Source: Eledone cirrhosa
Lineage: Eukaryota
Direction: 5' to 3'
Assembly: GCA_964016885.1 (NCBI GenBank)
Contig: OZ024751.1
Coordinates: 53,506,001-53,570,000, forward strand
Length of the DNA stretch: 64,000 nt
Positions 13,245 through 26,215 of the stretch are shown piece after piece. The number at the start of each line of letters is the position of its first letter. The stretch's first letter is position 1. The notes beneath the pieces are model-generated. The model was not told the DNA's origin. It ran no database searches and saw nothing but the letters and a program-made list of their open reading frames with translations. Made by a program: the position numbers and the translations under genes.

Positions 13245-14348
13245 CTGAGGAAGAATTAACATTTGTTACCAAGTGTATACCACACACACAAACACACACA
13301 AACACACACAAACACGCCACACATGCATGTGCACACACATACATACAAACACCCACATATATATATTTCTGTCCACTGTAAAGTTGTCGTGTAGGTGTCA
13401 TGACAAAAAGCACCCAGTCCACACCATAATGTGATCGTGTGGGAGTCATGGTAAAAAGGCTCCCAGACCACACTGTAAATTTGGTTGGTGTTAGGAAGGG
13501 CATCCAGCCGTAGAGAATTTGCCAGGGACAGTTCTGTATGAGCAAGACATGGTCTCCCAACCAATCTCGCCTCAAGTGGGACAAAACCGTCCAACCCATG
13601 GAAGATGGACATTAAACGATGATGATGATGATGATGATATATATGTTGTTTGTTGCATTCAAACAGAATAAAAAAAACTACAGAGAACCTCTAAATTCTA
13701 AGATGATGATGATGATATATAAACCATCTGAGGAATGTTTGAAAGCCTTATTTTAAACATGGCAGGATGAAGCATGTTACTTTTGCTGGTGGTGGGGAGT
13801 CTTTAATGTTACAGAATGCTAATTAGCTGCACTAACAAATATTCTTTAACATCGATCAAATATCAATGAAATAATATGATGAAAATGTTAAAAGTTAACT
13901 GTGTAAGTAATACATTGGTTCACCTATTTGAAATACCACTGCTCTTTAACTTATATTTGCAATATACAGTATTGCAAATTATCATATTTGCTGATGATCA
14001 AATACTACATGTAAAAAACTGATAAAGCACAAACCACATGAAGCTAATGAAGTACAAACTATATGAACACCAGCATAGTTCAGCTGCCAACATCACCTCA
14101 CTAAAATGGTGAAACATACCAATAAAAATTGTATCATTCAGCTCTTAAGTTAAAAGATGAATGCATATTTTGATTTTGATGATTACAAATTTTTTAAAGT
14201 AGAGATACAAAGCCCTGCATCACCAGAAATATAGAAACTGGGAGCCTAAATAAAATATAAGGTTGGTCATTGCCTCTCAAGTCTAGCAAATAAAACAGAA
14301 AAGATATAAATAGACCATGGGATGAATATGTTTCTCTACATGATTATT

Positions 14349-14526
14349 TTAAACCTTTAGCATTTACATTACTCTATATATTTTGTTGTAAAGGCTTTAT
14401 CTTACATAATTATCTTGCGTAATATCGAAGCTACGTCAGTATGAGTGGCCAGTTATGGCCGGTTTGGATAGTAAAAGGTGAGAGAATTCTGGCCGGATAC
14501 AGCCGGTTTAGATGCTAAAGGGTTAA
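14349..14526 (+). mobile_element. piggyBac-like MITE
   Basis: TTAA-(C)CCTTTAGCATTTA ... TAGATGCTAAAGGG-TTAA; family copies at 10152-10670, 11984-12180, 36283-36695 and a partial at 1817-1865. Confidence 0.65.
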
Positions 14527-14872
14527 AGCTGCACTCTACACTAAAAGACGAATTATGACAATATTCCCATATAAGACTTGCAAAGGACGTAATAAATATA
14601 ACTTTGGGTGCCAACAGTTTAGTTAATTTTTAGAAGGTATCTCCTCAAAGTCAAAATGTCATCCATCTTAATGAAGCAGTAAATAACGAGGAAAAAGAAA
14701 CAAACTGAAATAAGAAAAAGATTTATAATAAAAGCAAGACAATAGATTTAACATACACAGAACAAATAAAAGAAGTAATAAAATACAAGAACATTCTAGA
14801 ACACCTACAGAATATTACCTTACAGAAACCAAACCAGAACAACATAAATAAAAATATGAACCAAATGTAATG

Positions 14873-16400
14873 ATTTCTACTATAGGTACAAGGCCAGCAA
14901 TTTAAAGGGAGAGGAAAGTCGATTAAATAGACCCCAGTGCATTACTGGTACTTTATTTTATCGACCTCATAAGAATGAAAGGCAAAGCTAACCCCAGCAA
15001 AATTTGAACTCAGACCGTAAAGGGCCACAACTCTGTGCTGCAAAGCATGGTGTCCGATGCTCTATCGATACTACCAATCATAAATAATTGTTTCCACTTT
15101 TGGCACAAGGCCAGCAATTATCCCAGTGTATTACTGGTACTTTATTTTATCGACCCCGTAAGGATGAAAGGCAAAGTTAACCTTGGCGGGATTTGAACTC
15201 AGACCACAAAGGACCGTAACTCTTTGTTGCAAAGCATGGCGTCCGACCCTCTACCGATACTGCCAATCCACCGCCCTTCCAATCATAAATAATAAGAGCA
15301 ATATTTGACTCTTTTGATACCAACCCACCTGAAACCATCCTGGTCTTATGATACACATCTATTCATTTTAAAATGTTCAAACTGATATTAAAACACACCA
15401 TCAAAATTTCATTTAAGAAATTTTTGTTAAGTAAGGTTTCAGACATCAGCTTAATAATGAAATGGTTAGTTATTTCTTCAAATTTTCAAAATCAATTAAT
15501 ACATTCAGGCAATGTAATTCAGTAAGAAAAAGGTTAAAGGATTGAAACCACAAACATTACAATAATATAAACCTAAAAATAATTGAATAAATTAAACCAA
15601 AAGGTCATCTTATGAACCAGTGAAAATAGCACTCTGAGATAAAATTTAATAAAATGTCAGCAATAACAATTTAAAAAATGCATGACATCGCAGACTTAAT
15701 GAAAAAAAATGACTCAATCATCAACAGCAGAAAGTTAAACAAAATAATTTATTTGGCAAGCTCAGAACTTTCTGAAATATGCTCATATAGGATTAACAAA
15801 ATCCAAGCCTTGGAAAACAAATATACTAAAACAGATATAAATATACATAAAAAAAGAATTTTATTCCTTAGTGAGATCAATAATAATTGTTTTTACTTTT
15901 GGCACAAGGCCAGCAATTACCCAGTGTATTACTGGTACTTTATTTTATCGACCCCGTAAGGATGAAAGGCAAAGTTAACCTCGGCGGAATTAATAATAAT
16001 GGCTTCTGATTTTGACACAAGGCCAACAATTTTTGGAGAAGGGAAAGTCGATTAAATCGACCCCACTGTGTTACTGGTACTTTTTGATATTAACCCTCGT
16101 AGGGATGAAAGGTAAAGCTAACCACAGTGGGATTTGAACTCAGAACATAAAGAGCCATAACTCTATGCCACAACATGTTGTCTAATGCTCTACTGATATT
16201 GCTAATCCATCAATAATAATTGTTTCTACTTTTGGCACAAGGCCAGCAATTATCTCAGTACATTACTGGTGCTTTATTTTATCGACCCCGTAAGGATAAA
16301 AGGCAAAGTTAACCTTGACGAGATTTGAACTTAGAGCGTAAAGAGACGTAACTCTATGCTGCAAAGCATGGTGTCTGACTCTCTACTGATACTGCCAATA
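14873..16400 (-). mobile_element. Cluster of five tRNA-derived SINE family 2 copies (Meta-like central domain)
   Basis: A box TGGCAGTATCGG, B box GAGTTCAAATCC, core GCCTTTCATCCTTACGGGGTCGATAAAATAAAGTACC; copies at ~14873-15080, 15085-15277, 15885-15990, 15998-16210, 16216-16400. Confidence 0.82.
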
Positions 16401-16599
16401 ATAATGACATTAATAATAAGAAGAAACAGCTGATAGAAAAGGCAGAGAGACAAATAGTAGAGAAATATAACATAACAGATATCGAAGTACTTGGAATGAA
16501 AGAATGCCAGAAATAAGTAATTCTTGATAAATTGCAAAGAATACATCATTATGAAAAATGACAAAAGTTGTTTGAACAACAGAAGAAGCAGCTTGAATC

Positions 16600-17950
16600 C
16601 AACTGATAATGAATTTTACTAGGAATTAGGTAAAAATAGAATAGAAATTAATGCAATTAGTTAAAGAAATAGGAGAGTTTGGTCGATGAATGGAATTGTT
16701 CAAAATAACAAATGCTGGACTTGAACAATGGAGGGAGAGCATATCAGCCAAGAAGCCCAGGTGTTACTCAGAAAAATAAAAGAAATTATTTGAAAGCGCC
16801 AGAAAATGATTAAATCCTAAACTTTTTGTTGAAATATTTAATAAACCTATATTTAATAAACCTATATAAAATACTAGGAAAATTATTTAATAACATACTG
16901 AAAGAACTGGAAACATCACTTGACTGGCACACTGGAGAGAAAGCCATTTTAATCCCAAAGAGTAAAGAAAAGTAAATTCTAAATCCACAGATATATAAGC
17001 AATATATATTCAAAATACTTTATATTCGATAACAAAGACATGATTGCAATAATACAGCAGAGAATAAATAAACATCTGGAAAAAATAATTAATTTGCAGG
17101 AGAGCAGAAGGGATATTGCAAAGAATGATATGACTGTAAAGATTAATAATTAATCAACAAAGCACTAACTAAAGACATGGTATGAATTGATTGCCAGAAA
17201 GTATTTGACAGTATTTCCTACAGCTGGAAGCTGGAAACAATAGCATCGATGTGGGTCACAGATACATGGCAAACAATCCTGTAGATACAAATTTCATCTC
17301 TATTATAAGAGGAATACTTCAAGAGATCTCTTTCTTTCTCCACTTTGTTTGTGTGGCTTTTATATATTTAGTCAATTCAGAATGTCAAACTAGACTGGAC
17401 TCAGGTATAAAAGTTATGAGAAGACAATTAACCCTAATTCATATATAGACGGCATGAAGTTATAATAAGCTGTAGATGATAACAAGAAACACAACTGCAG
17501 ACAGTACACGGATTTCCAAGAGAAATGCAAAGATAATGCACCAAGATAAAATTTAAGAGAGGACAACTACTTAAGAACACTAATATCAGGTTAAATATCA
17601 GAACAGTGATAAGGAATTTAGTCAAAATATTCAATTATAAATAATTAATAACTGGATAGTCTCCACCAATTAGAAAACATTTGAAAGCAATTTTAGACAC
17701 ATTTGATTAATGCTTATAAAAGAACTAAATGTGAAAAAGTGATAACATATCATTACCCTAGATGACTTACAGTAATCTTTTGTTATATCACTCTTAATTG
17801 GATGCTAAACGAATTAGTAAAACTAGACACAAAACAGAGAAATGACCAAGGAGTATAGGATGTCAATAAGAAACCAACATAAAACGATTATATTTACCAT
17901 AAATACAAGAAGTTATCAGCATAATGTAAATGGAAAACTACAAAGAAAAT
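16600..17950 (+). pseudogene. Heavily decayed non-LTR retrotransposon RT (R4/Dong-like)
   Basis: Broken motifs resembling WIDYQKAFDSI.HSW (17180-17230), RGI.QGDSLSPL.FC (17300-17360) and YMDD.KLY (17440-17465). Confidence 0.6.
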
Positions 17951-18500
17951 ATGTAGCATAGAAAAACAACTATAAAGCTCCAAAAAGTTATTGCTGCTCA
18001 CATGCCATATTAATGCTCTGTAGATAAACATCTAATCAAAACTGAAATATATATTTTCTGTGTCTGAAAATGAAGACCAGTTCTTTTGGTTTGCAGATTT
18101 TCCAATGTCATAGAATCGAGAGGCTGCCATGATTTGTTACATGTAAGAATAGTTATGTAATTAAGATGACATTGTGTTTGGAATGTTTATGACAAGAGAT
18201 AATACTAAAACTCAACTCCCTTAGAGTTATGATATTTATGTGAACAACTACACAAACCAATTGTTAATGTGACTAAACCTCAAGGAAAACAACAATACAA
18301 CAATGAATATCTTAATTATGATTATTCGTTTCTGTTTTTTTATTTTTTATTTATTTATTCCAAGAAAATCTGGTGTTCAACTGATTTGTCTATGTTACAA
18401 ATGAAATTCTTTGTTTATTTATGAAAGAGGAGGGATGAGACAAGAAATAAACCTTAGAAACACAAGTAAAAAAAATTGACATATATATGGTAAAACTTAC

Positions 18501-18589
18501 CACCAATCTTGGAATTGAAAGCAATACCAACTCCACATATATTGTTGTTAGCTGTCATGGCTACCTCACCAGCACATCGTGTTCCATGT
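18501..18589 (-). CDS. PCSK1: PC1/3-like exon with catalytic His
   Basis: tag|A CAT GGA...G|gtaagt, 89 bp, [29 protein letters not shown]. Confidence 0.95.
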
Positions 18590-18984
18590 CTACAAGACAA
18601 GAAGAGCGTAGATTAATATATAACTACGTCTTTTGGGAAATGTATATAATTGGTATTCAAAGATTCATGTATACATACACTGGAACATACGCAGATGCAT
18701 ACATACATAATAAATACAAACAAACAAACATACATATATTTATATGCAAAAGCATATGTATATATGTATTTACAATTTACATCTTGCTCTCATCTTTTAT
18801 TCTATATGTATGTATGTATGTTTGTGAGTGTGTGTGTGTGTGAGAGTATGTATACACATTTGCACATGCAAATACACATGTATATACATTTCAGAAATAT
18901 ATTGGTGTGTATCTATCTATCTATATCTATATATATCATCATCATCATCATTTTATGTCCGCTTTTCCCTGCTTGCAAGGGTGA

Positions 18985-19038
<54 letters not shown>

Positions 19039-19298
19039 AATATATATATATATAAATAAGTAGATAGATAGATATAAAGGATCTCTGATATATTTTCCTA
19101 TAAAAAAAGTTGTAAATAGACAAGTGAACACCAATGACAGTTACACTTTATTACAAACATTACTAAAATACACTGCAGCTAATTTCACTGACATGTTTGA
19201 TGTACAACCTCCATTTTTGTTGGATATGTTGTTTCTTGTTTTTGTGATGTGTGATGCGTGACAATCGAAAAGTATTTTGCAATACCTACAAGACTGTC

Positions 19299-19348
<50 letters not shown>

Positions 19349-19390
19349 CAAAATATTAATAAATGAAGACATTTACATAATCAAAATATA

Positions 19391-19456
19391 TGTTTTATTA
19401 TATATATTTCAAAGGTACTGTGCTGTTTTTTCAGTATGTCCTCGTCAGATAAAATA
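19391..19456 (-). ncRNA. Hammerhead ribozyme in an orphan pLTR fragment
   Basis: TATTTTAT-CTGACGA-imperfect stem II (TACTG/CAGTA)-GAAA-TATATA-TA-ATAAAACA; next to (TA)n; related to 6934 and 58583. Confidence 0.65.
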
Positions 19457-19522
19457 CATGAATTGATGTATGACATACCTCAACGGTCTTGATGGTTCAA
19501 TTCCAGTATTGGCAGTCATATA

Positions 19523-19917
19523 TAATTGTTTCTACTTTTTGGCACAAGGCCACCAATTACCCAGTGCATTACTGGTACTTTATTTTATCGACCCCCGTAA
19601 GGATGAAACGCAAAGTCAACCTCAGCGGGATTTCAACTCAGATCGTTAAGGGACGTAACTATGCTGGAAAGCATGGCATCCGACCCTCTACCGATACTGC
19701 CAATCCACCGCCTATTGGCAGTCATATATAATTGTTTCTACTTTAGGCACAAGGCCAGCAATTACCCAGTTCATTACTGGTACTTTATTTTATCGACCCC
19801 GTAAGGATGAAAGGCAAAGTTAACCTCGGCGGGATTTGAACTCATATCGTAAAAGGACGTAACTATGCTGGAAAGCATGGCGTTCGACCCTCTACCGATA
19901 CTGCCAATCCACCGCCC
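19523..19917 (-). mobile_element. Tandem pair of SINE family 2
   Basis: Two ~190-bp copies, each preceded by attggcagtcatatataatt. Confidence 0.85.
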
Positions 19918-20056
19918 AATCCATGTATATATATAAGGAAAAAAGATGAAATCGAAAATGCAACTGGAGTTTGTTTTTTTTTAAATATATATATTTATTT
20001 GGTTCCTTTACCAGTTCCACAGTTCTTCTGCTTTCCAAAAGTGTGGTTTTTCTCAC

Positions 20057-20128
<72 letters not shown>

Positions 20129-20429
20129 AAATTCATATAGTCAAAGCAATATATTTTCAACACATTCACTTATCAGAAAATATATATTGTGCTAGTATGT
20201 GTGTCTCTATAAATATGTATGTCTGTGTGTGTTTGTATGTATGAATGTATATATATGTGTATGTATATATGTAAGTAGGAATATATGTATCTATGTGTGT
20301 ATGTATATATGTATTTATGTATGAATGTATATATGCGCATATGTATATATATATATATGCATGTATGAATGTGTGTATGTATATATGTATGTAGGAATGT
20401 ATGTATGTATGTATATATGTATTTATGTA

Positions 20430-21005
20430 TCCCAGTACAACCTGTCTCATGGTCGGGTCGTTGGCGACTAAACTGGCAACCCACCAAGGTTTCTTGGTGA
20501 GGAGGGTGACTTTGGACATCCTGCAGGACTAAAAACAAAACCTGTCAAAGGGCAAAGGAGCTCTTAAGAGTCAATGGCCATCCAAAATCACTGGGAGAGA
20601 TGACCCCTTAGCCTTTGTCAAGGCAGAATTCTAGGAGAAGGAAAACTCTGATATAACACCTGCAACTCTGATGGTATCCAATGATGTTGACTTGTTCTTC
20701 TTTTTGGTAAATATCATCTTGGTTAAGAGAGTGGGACTGGCTTTGTGCAGTGCCTTTGCTCACTATAAAAGCTTCACGGCACAGGCATTGCTTTATATCT
20801 GGAGATCTCTCTGCACTTGTCGTCACATGGTACCATGGGCCTAGCACTATGTGTCAATAATTGTCACAGGTGTAGTGTTTGTACCAGAGTTTTCAAGTCG
20901 CTGGCTGAACGAAAGTTACATTCGTTCAGCGCATCGGTAGGAGTTCTCCTACATGGATATAAAGTAGTGGCCGTACTCGAAAACGAGTTGGCAGCCACCA
21001 TTTAT
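20430..21005 (+). mobile_element. Probable internally deleted LINE (RTE-like) remnant
   Basis: Start shared with an inverted copy at 62810-62905; C2H2-like CSVC.RVFKS...KLH near the end; (TATG)n tail. Confidence 0.4.
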
Positions 21006-21422
21006 GTATGAATGTATATATGTGCATATGTATGTATATATATATATATATGTATGTATGAATGTATGTATATATGTATATATATATGTAGGAATATATG
21101 TATCTATGTATGTATGTATATATGTATATATATATGTAGGAATATATGTATCTATGTATGTATGTATATATGTATTTATGTATGAATGTAGATATGTGCA
21201 TATGTATATATATGTATGAATGTATGTATGTGTGTATGTATATATGTATATATGTATGAATGTATATATGTGCATATGTATATATATGTAGGAATATATG
21301 TATCTATGTATATATGTATATATGTATTTATGCATATGTATATATATATTTATGTATGTATGAATGTATCTATGTATGTGTGTATGTATATATGTATGTA
21401 TATATGTATTTATGACACTTAC

Positions 21423-21499
21423 TTGTTTTCGTTGGTTATATCATATCGCGGTCTGGGATCATCATCATTATCATTCATATCACTGCTGGCTTTTGGATC
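21423..21499 (-). CDS. PCSK1: PC1/3-like exon
   Basis: tag|GAT...AA|gtaagt, 77 bp, DPKASSDMNDNDDDPRPRYDITNEN(K). Confidence 0.93.
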
Positions 21500-21546
21500 C
21501 TACAATAATCAGACATGGAATATCATCTCATTATTAAGAAACAACA

Positions 21547-21740
21547 GGGCGGTGGATTGGCAATATCGGTAGAGGGTCGGACACCATGCATTGACACATA
21601 GAGTTACGGGCCTTTCCATTCTGAGTTCAAATCCCGCCGAGGTCAACTTTGCCTTTCATCTTTACAGGGTCGATAAAATAAAGTACCAGTAATACACTGG
21701 TATAATTGCTGGCCTTGTGCCAAAAGTAGAAACAATTATT
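21547..21740 (+). mobile_element. SINE family 2; further copies at 10188, 24864, 36406, 53096, 62983 (+) and 25963, 49198, 63677 (-)
   Basis: Same consensus; several copies have TSDs, e.g. attatttgagaatata around 53096-53285. Confidence 0.85.
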
Positions 21741-21818
21741 AAGTAACAACAATAAAGAAACAGACTACTGGTTTGCTTCATTTTCTTCACTAATCAACAT
21801 GATATCCTTTTATATAAT

Positions 21819-22271
21819 ACTAGCAGAATGGCCCGGCGTTGCTCGGGATTTGCTCTAGGGTTCTTATATATTTGATATATATTCATCCTTATTGAGCCTC
21901 GTGAAATAAATACGTTTGTTTATATTTCGTTATAGTGTATGCAAAAATATCTGTACACGAATATATAATTATATATATATCTATATATCTAAAACAGAGA
22001 ATGTCTGTCTGTCTGTCAGCTCACTAAAACTTGAGAACCACCCAACCAATTGTTTTCAAACTTTACACATGTAATACTTATGGTCCTATGAGCGTTTTGA
22101 GCAAAACATATTTCAAATTTTTTATGCCCTAGGGACCATATTAGGCGATTTAGCGATCTCTCTCTATAATTCTTAGTCTTTCTTTTTAGATAGATACATA
22201 GATATAACGTTGCGCCCTTATAATATCTGTCTGTATGTCTGGCTGTCTGCATTACGTCATTATAACGCGAT

Positions 22272-22318
<47 letters not shown>

Positions 22319-22457
22319 TATCGTAATGCAGACAGCAAGACACACACACAGATAATATAAGGACCATAAGTATTACATGTGTAAAGTTTGAAAAAACTCG
22401 GTTGGATGGTTCTCGAGTTTTAGGGAGTCAGACAGACATTCTCTGTTTTATATAGAC
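21819..22457. mobile_element. Rearranged non-autonomous Helitron
   Basis: Minus-strand 3' end CCCGAGCAACGCCGGGccattctgCTAG|T at 21820; two 5' ends (TCTATA..AAAACAGAGAATGTCTGTCTG) inverted at 21980 and 22457. Confidence 0.65.
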
Positions 22458-23348
22458 TAGCAGAAAACCACCCGGTGGGCGGTTTTCTGCTAGCAAATCT
22501 AGTGTATATACTTATATTGTTGAGATTTGGATGAGAAATGTTTTCGGCACCACATGTTCACCGTCTCTCGGTGTGTCTTTTATGCATGTATAAATATATA
22601 TGTTATCTATACGGTGAAATCTTTGAAATAAATATATGTTAAAACAAAAAAGGCGGTTAGAAAAAAATATTCCTATGAAATTTTAATCATACCATTAAGT
22701 GTGAATAAGGAAATATTTTTTTATTGTCAAAACAAATGTTCAAAAGTTAAACTTCAATTTTTTGAATTATTTCCAATTTTTTCATGAAATTGAACACTGG
22801 ACATTGGCTGCTGGAAATGGAAATTAAATCGTATTTAATTGTATTTAAATTTCTAACCTTATTTTATTATTTATATTATTTCAATAAGAAATAAAAAAAA
22901 ACAACAACAAAAATTTAAGCAAAAAATTGAACAAATCAAACATAGGTTACGGAACTGCGCAATCTGATTAATAAATTACCTCATCAGCAGCAACCTTCTT
23001 CAAATGGTCCTTATTATCAGCAGCAACAACCACAAATTCAATGGCAACCTTCTTCGCATGGTGTCAAGTCAGAACCGCCTCGAACTGGTTACTTCTGGCT
23101 TGTGCAAGGTGTCTCTATAGCAACCAGCGATTCCCTCGGCCTCAGTGACCAAAGTCAGTGGAGAGGGGAAGGTAATATTTCTGTAGCACGTGTTTTAGCG
23201 TCTATTCACTCTCTCTCTCCCTCTCTCCCTCCCGCTATCCCCCTCTCGTAGTCTGTCTCTTTCTTTCACTCTCACTCTCTCTCTATGCACGTGTTTCCAC
23301 TGTCGGACAGACAGACAGAGAAATTGCTGGTTATATATATAAGTAGAT
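22457..23348 (-). mobile_element. Non-autonomous Helitron-like element
   Basis: 5' a|TCTACTTATATATATAACC followed by (TCTG)n; 3' hairpin ending CTGCTAG|T, same type as 8676. Confidence 0.65.
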
Positions 23349-23678
23349 AATGAAGATGTCGTAATTAAGGGAGATAATTCATATTATATAACGAATATGC
23401 CGTTGGTTTCTGGGTGAAACCTCCATTGTTGGTTTGTGATGACAATGATAATGATGGTATTCATCATCATTGGTATGGTAAGGATGGGGGAGATGGAAAC
23501 AGGGGTGAACCTGATAATGTTGTAATACTTTTAGGGTTTTGTTCCTGAGAAATATAAGAAGAGTGAAATTATCTAATGTGCTCTTCCTTTTTAAGACAGT
23601 TTGGTATAAATTGACATTTGGGGGGTAAATATACATGTAAAAATGCACACACATACATACATGTTGTATACATATGTG

Positions 23679-23774
<96 letters not shown>

Positions 23775-23877
23775 TAGATAGATATACACAGACATACTGA
23801 GAAATATATACATATATGTATGCATACATGCAGGCTCTCACAAGCCACTTCCAAAACACAAAAGCCATATTACTTAC

Positions 23878-23915
23878 ATAATTCTTTATTATATCGTCAT
23901 GCATCCATTCTAACC
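23878..23915 (-). CDS. PCSK1: PC1/3-like 38-bp small exon
   Basis: cacag|GG TTA GAA TGG...TAT|gtaagt, (G)LEWMHDDIIKNY; phase-compatible with both neighbours and fills the GLEWNHxDIxxNY gap. Confidence 0.9.
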
Positions 23916-23979
23916 CTGTGGGGGAAAATAAATGAAATTGTCATTTAATGAGGAATTTTTTTCAATCATCATCATCAAT

Positions 23980-24150
23980 AGAAGAAGAAGAAGAAGAAGA
24001 AGAAGAAGAAGAAGAAGAAGAAGAAGAAGAAGAAGAAGAAGAAGATGAAGAAGAAGAAGAAGAAGAAGAAGAAGAAGAAGAAGAAGGTGAAGGTGAAGTA
24101 GAAGAAGAAGGTGAAGGTGAAGGTGAAGAAGAAGAAGAGGAAGAAGAAGA
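23980..24150. repeat. (GAA)n microsatellite
   Basis: Direct reading; lies ~65 bp upstream of the 38-bp exon acceptor, as pyrimidine-rich (TTC)n on the gene strand. Confidence 0.97.
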
Positions 24151-24796
24151 ATTCTGAAAGAATATTTCTTGAAGAATATGGTTCACTTTTAGCTAGATAC
24201 TGTTTCTTGACTTTTAATGAAACACCGATTCTGTAATTAAAAAAAGAATTCCCAGGAAATGAGATAATTTGAAATATCCCACGTATTTATTCATTGCTCC
24301 CATCATTACTATGGAGTCTATGAAGAAAAAAGCCATAAATATATGTTGAATGTTGTAATGACAGGTGCCGGAGTCTCAATTTTCTCCCATCAGAATGTCA
24401 AATGTTGTAGTCCTATTAAATGCCATTGGAAGTTTAATAGATTGAACTGGCTACAATTGCCATGACGATGAGCATAACACTAAAAATAATAAACAAATAT
24501 CATTGGATAGATATATATATTTTGTTAATATGTGAATCTCTATATATATGTATGATATGTATGTATATATGTATGTATGTAGGAAAAGAGTCAGGACCCC
24601 GACGGCTGAGCTCCGGCCGTTTCGATGGCTAGATCCAAACTGTATGTATGTATGTAAATTTGTATGCAAGTGTGTGTATATATATGTAAAATTCATATAG
24701 TCAAAACAATATATTTTTCAATTCACTCATCAGAAAATATATATTGTGTTGTATGTATGTATGTGTGTATGTCTTTCCGCACTTTAAAAAAAATTT

Positions 24797-24864
24797 CACG
24801 CCCAAGCATTGCATGATAGCATTAATTGATAATTATTAATGCTATCATGCAATGCTTGGGCGTG
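24797..24864. repeat. Perfect 30-bp hairpin abutting a SINE 5' end
   Basis: cacgcccaagcattgcatgatagcattaat [8 nt] attaatgctatcatgcaatgcttgggcgtg. Confidence 0.9.
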
Positions 24865-25656
24865 TGGATTGGCAGTATCGGTAGAGGGTCGGACGCCATG
24901 CTTTGATGCATAGAGTTACGGCCCTTGCTATTCTGAGTTCAAATCCCGCCGAGGTTAACTTTGCCTTTCATCCTTACGGGGTCGATAAAATAAAGTACCA
25001 GTAATGTACTGGGTAATTTCTGGCCTTGTGCCAATAGTAGAAACAATTAATTGATAATTATTAATAATGTGATATTGTGCAATGGCATACTCGATAACGA
25101 GGGAGCAGCCATCATGTGTTTATGTATGTGTGTATGTATCATCATCATCATTCTCGTTTAACATCCACTTTCCACGCTAGCATGGGTTAGACTATGTATG
25201 TATGTATAAATATATAGGTAAAGAGATATATAAATAAATAGAGGAATACATTTTAAAAAAAATAATAAATTGATGAAAATATAAATAAATAAATAGTTGA
25301 AAAAATACATAAAGAAATAAATAGATGCCAACTGATTTTGAAAGAAAAAGGGTGAAGAACCCTGCTTTGGCACTCCTTTAACAAACAAGGAAGAAACTTG
25401 ACAATAAAAAGATAAATTTTGATACATTATTTAATGAAATCAAAGTCTATTTTAGGCAAGTTATTTTCAGATATGAAATTGTCATGATGCTTTGTTCATT
25501 TGTCTTGGAATTGCTCCTTTTCTTATATAATTTTGTATATGTTATGAATTTCCTGAGGATAAAGGATAGAATGAAGTAAGGGATAAAAGGTGGGTCCCAC
25601 GAATCAAAGCTCAGATTCTATTTTACAGAAATATCTCTATATATTAGTGGCGATGA

Positions 25657-25950
25657 ATTAGTTTTGCGAGGTTTTTTATATGAAATCGTGTGTCGAAACA
25701 AATATTGTTATACTTGGGGAGGGTCATATTTGTGTAATATTGCCAGAATTAATAACAGAACACACTCACTGTATCTGTATTATTTTTGACCGTCGGTCAG
25801 TCAATGGCAACAATGAGGACCGAGTAAGTTAGATTACCGATATAAAAGACACAGAAGCAAGAAGCGAAAACCAACCAAACAGTGAGTGTGTTCTGTTATT
25901 AATTCTGGCAATATTACACAAATATGACCCTCCCCAAGTATAACAATATC
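25657..25950. repeat. Inverted-repeat module, family shared with 11246
   Basis: ~72-bp arms (25702-25773, 25879-25949); inversion breakpoint differs from the 11246 copy. Confidence 0.85.
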
Positions 25951-26179
25951 TCTATATATTAATAATTGTTTCTACTTTAGGCACAAGGCCAGCAATTACC
26001 CAGTGCATTACTGGTACTTTATTTTATCGACCCCGTAAGGATGAAAGGCAAAGTCAACCTTGGCAGGATTTGAACTCAGATCGTAATAATGCTTCTTGAA
26101 CAAGTGTTTCACCATTTCCTTTTTTTGTTCACCTCTTTCTTGTTGAAATGTATGTAAAATAAATAAAATATGTATACAT

Positions 26180-26215
<36 letters not shown>

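Noticed and set aside
24686-24750. CTGATGA...GAAA on the minus strand (related copy at 20127-20195)
   Set aside because: No stem II can form and the second copy has CTGATAA; at best a relic.
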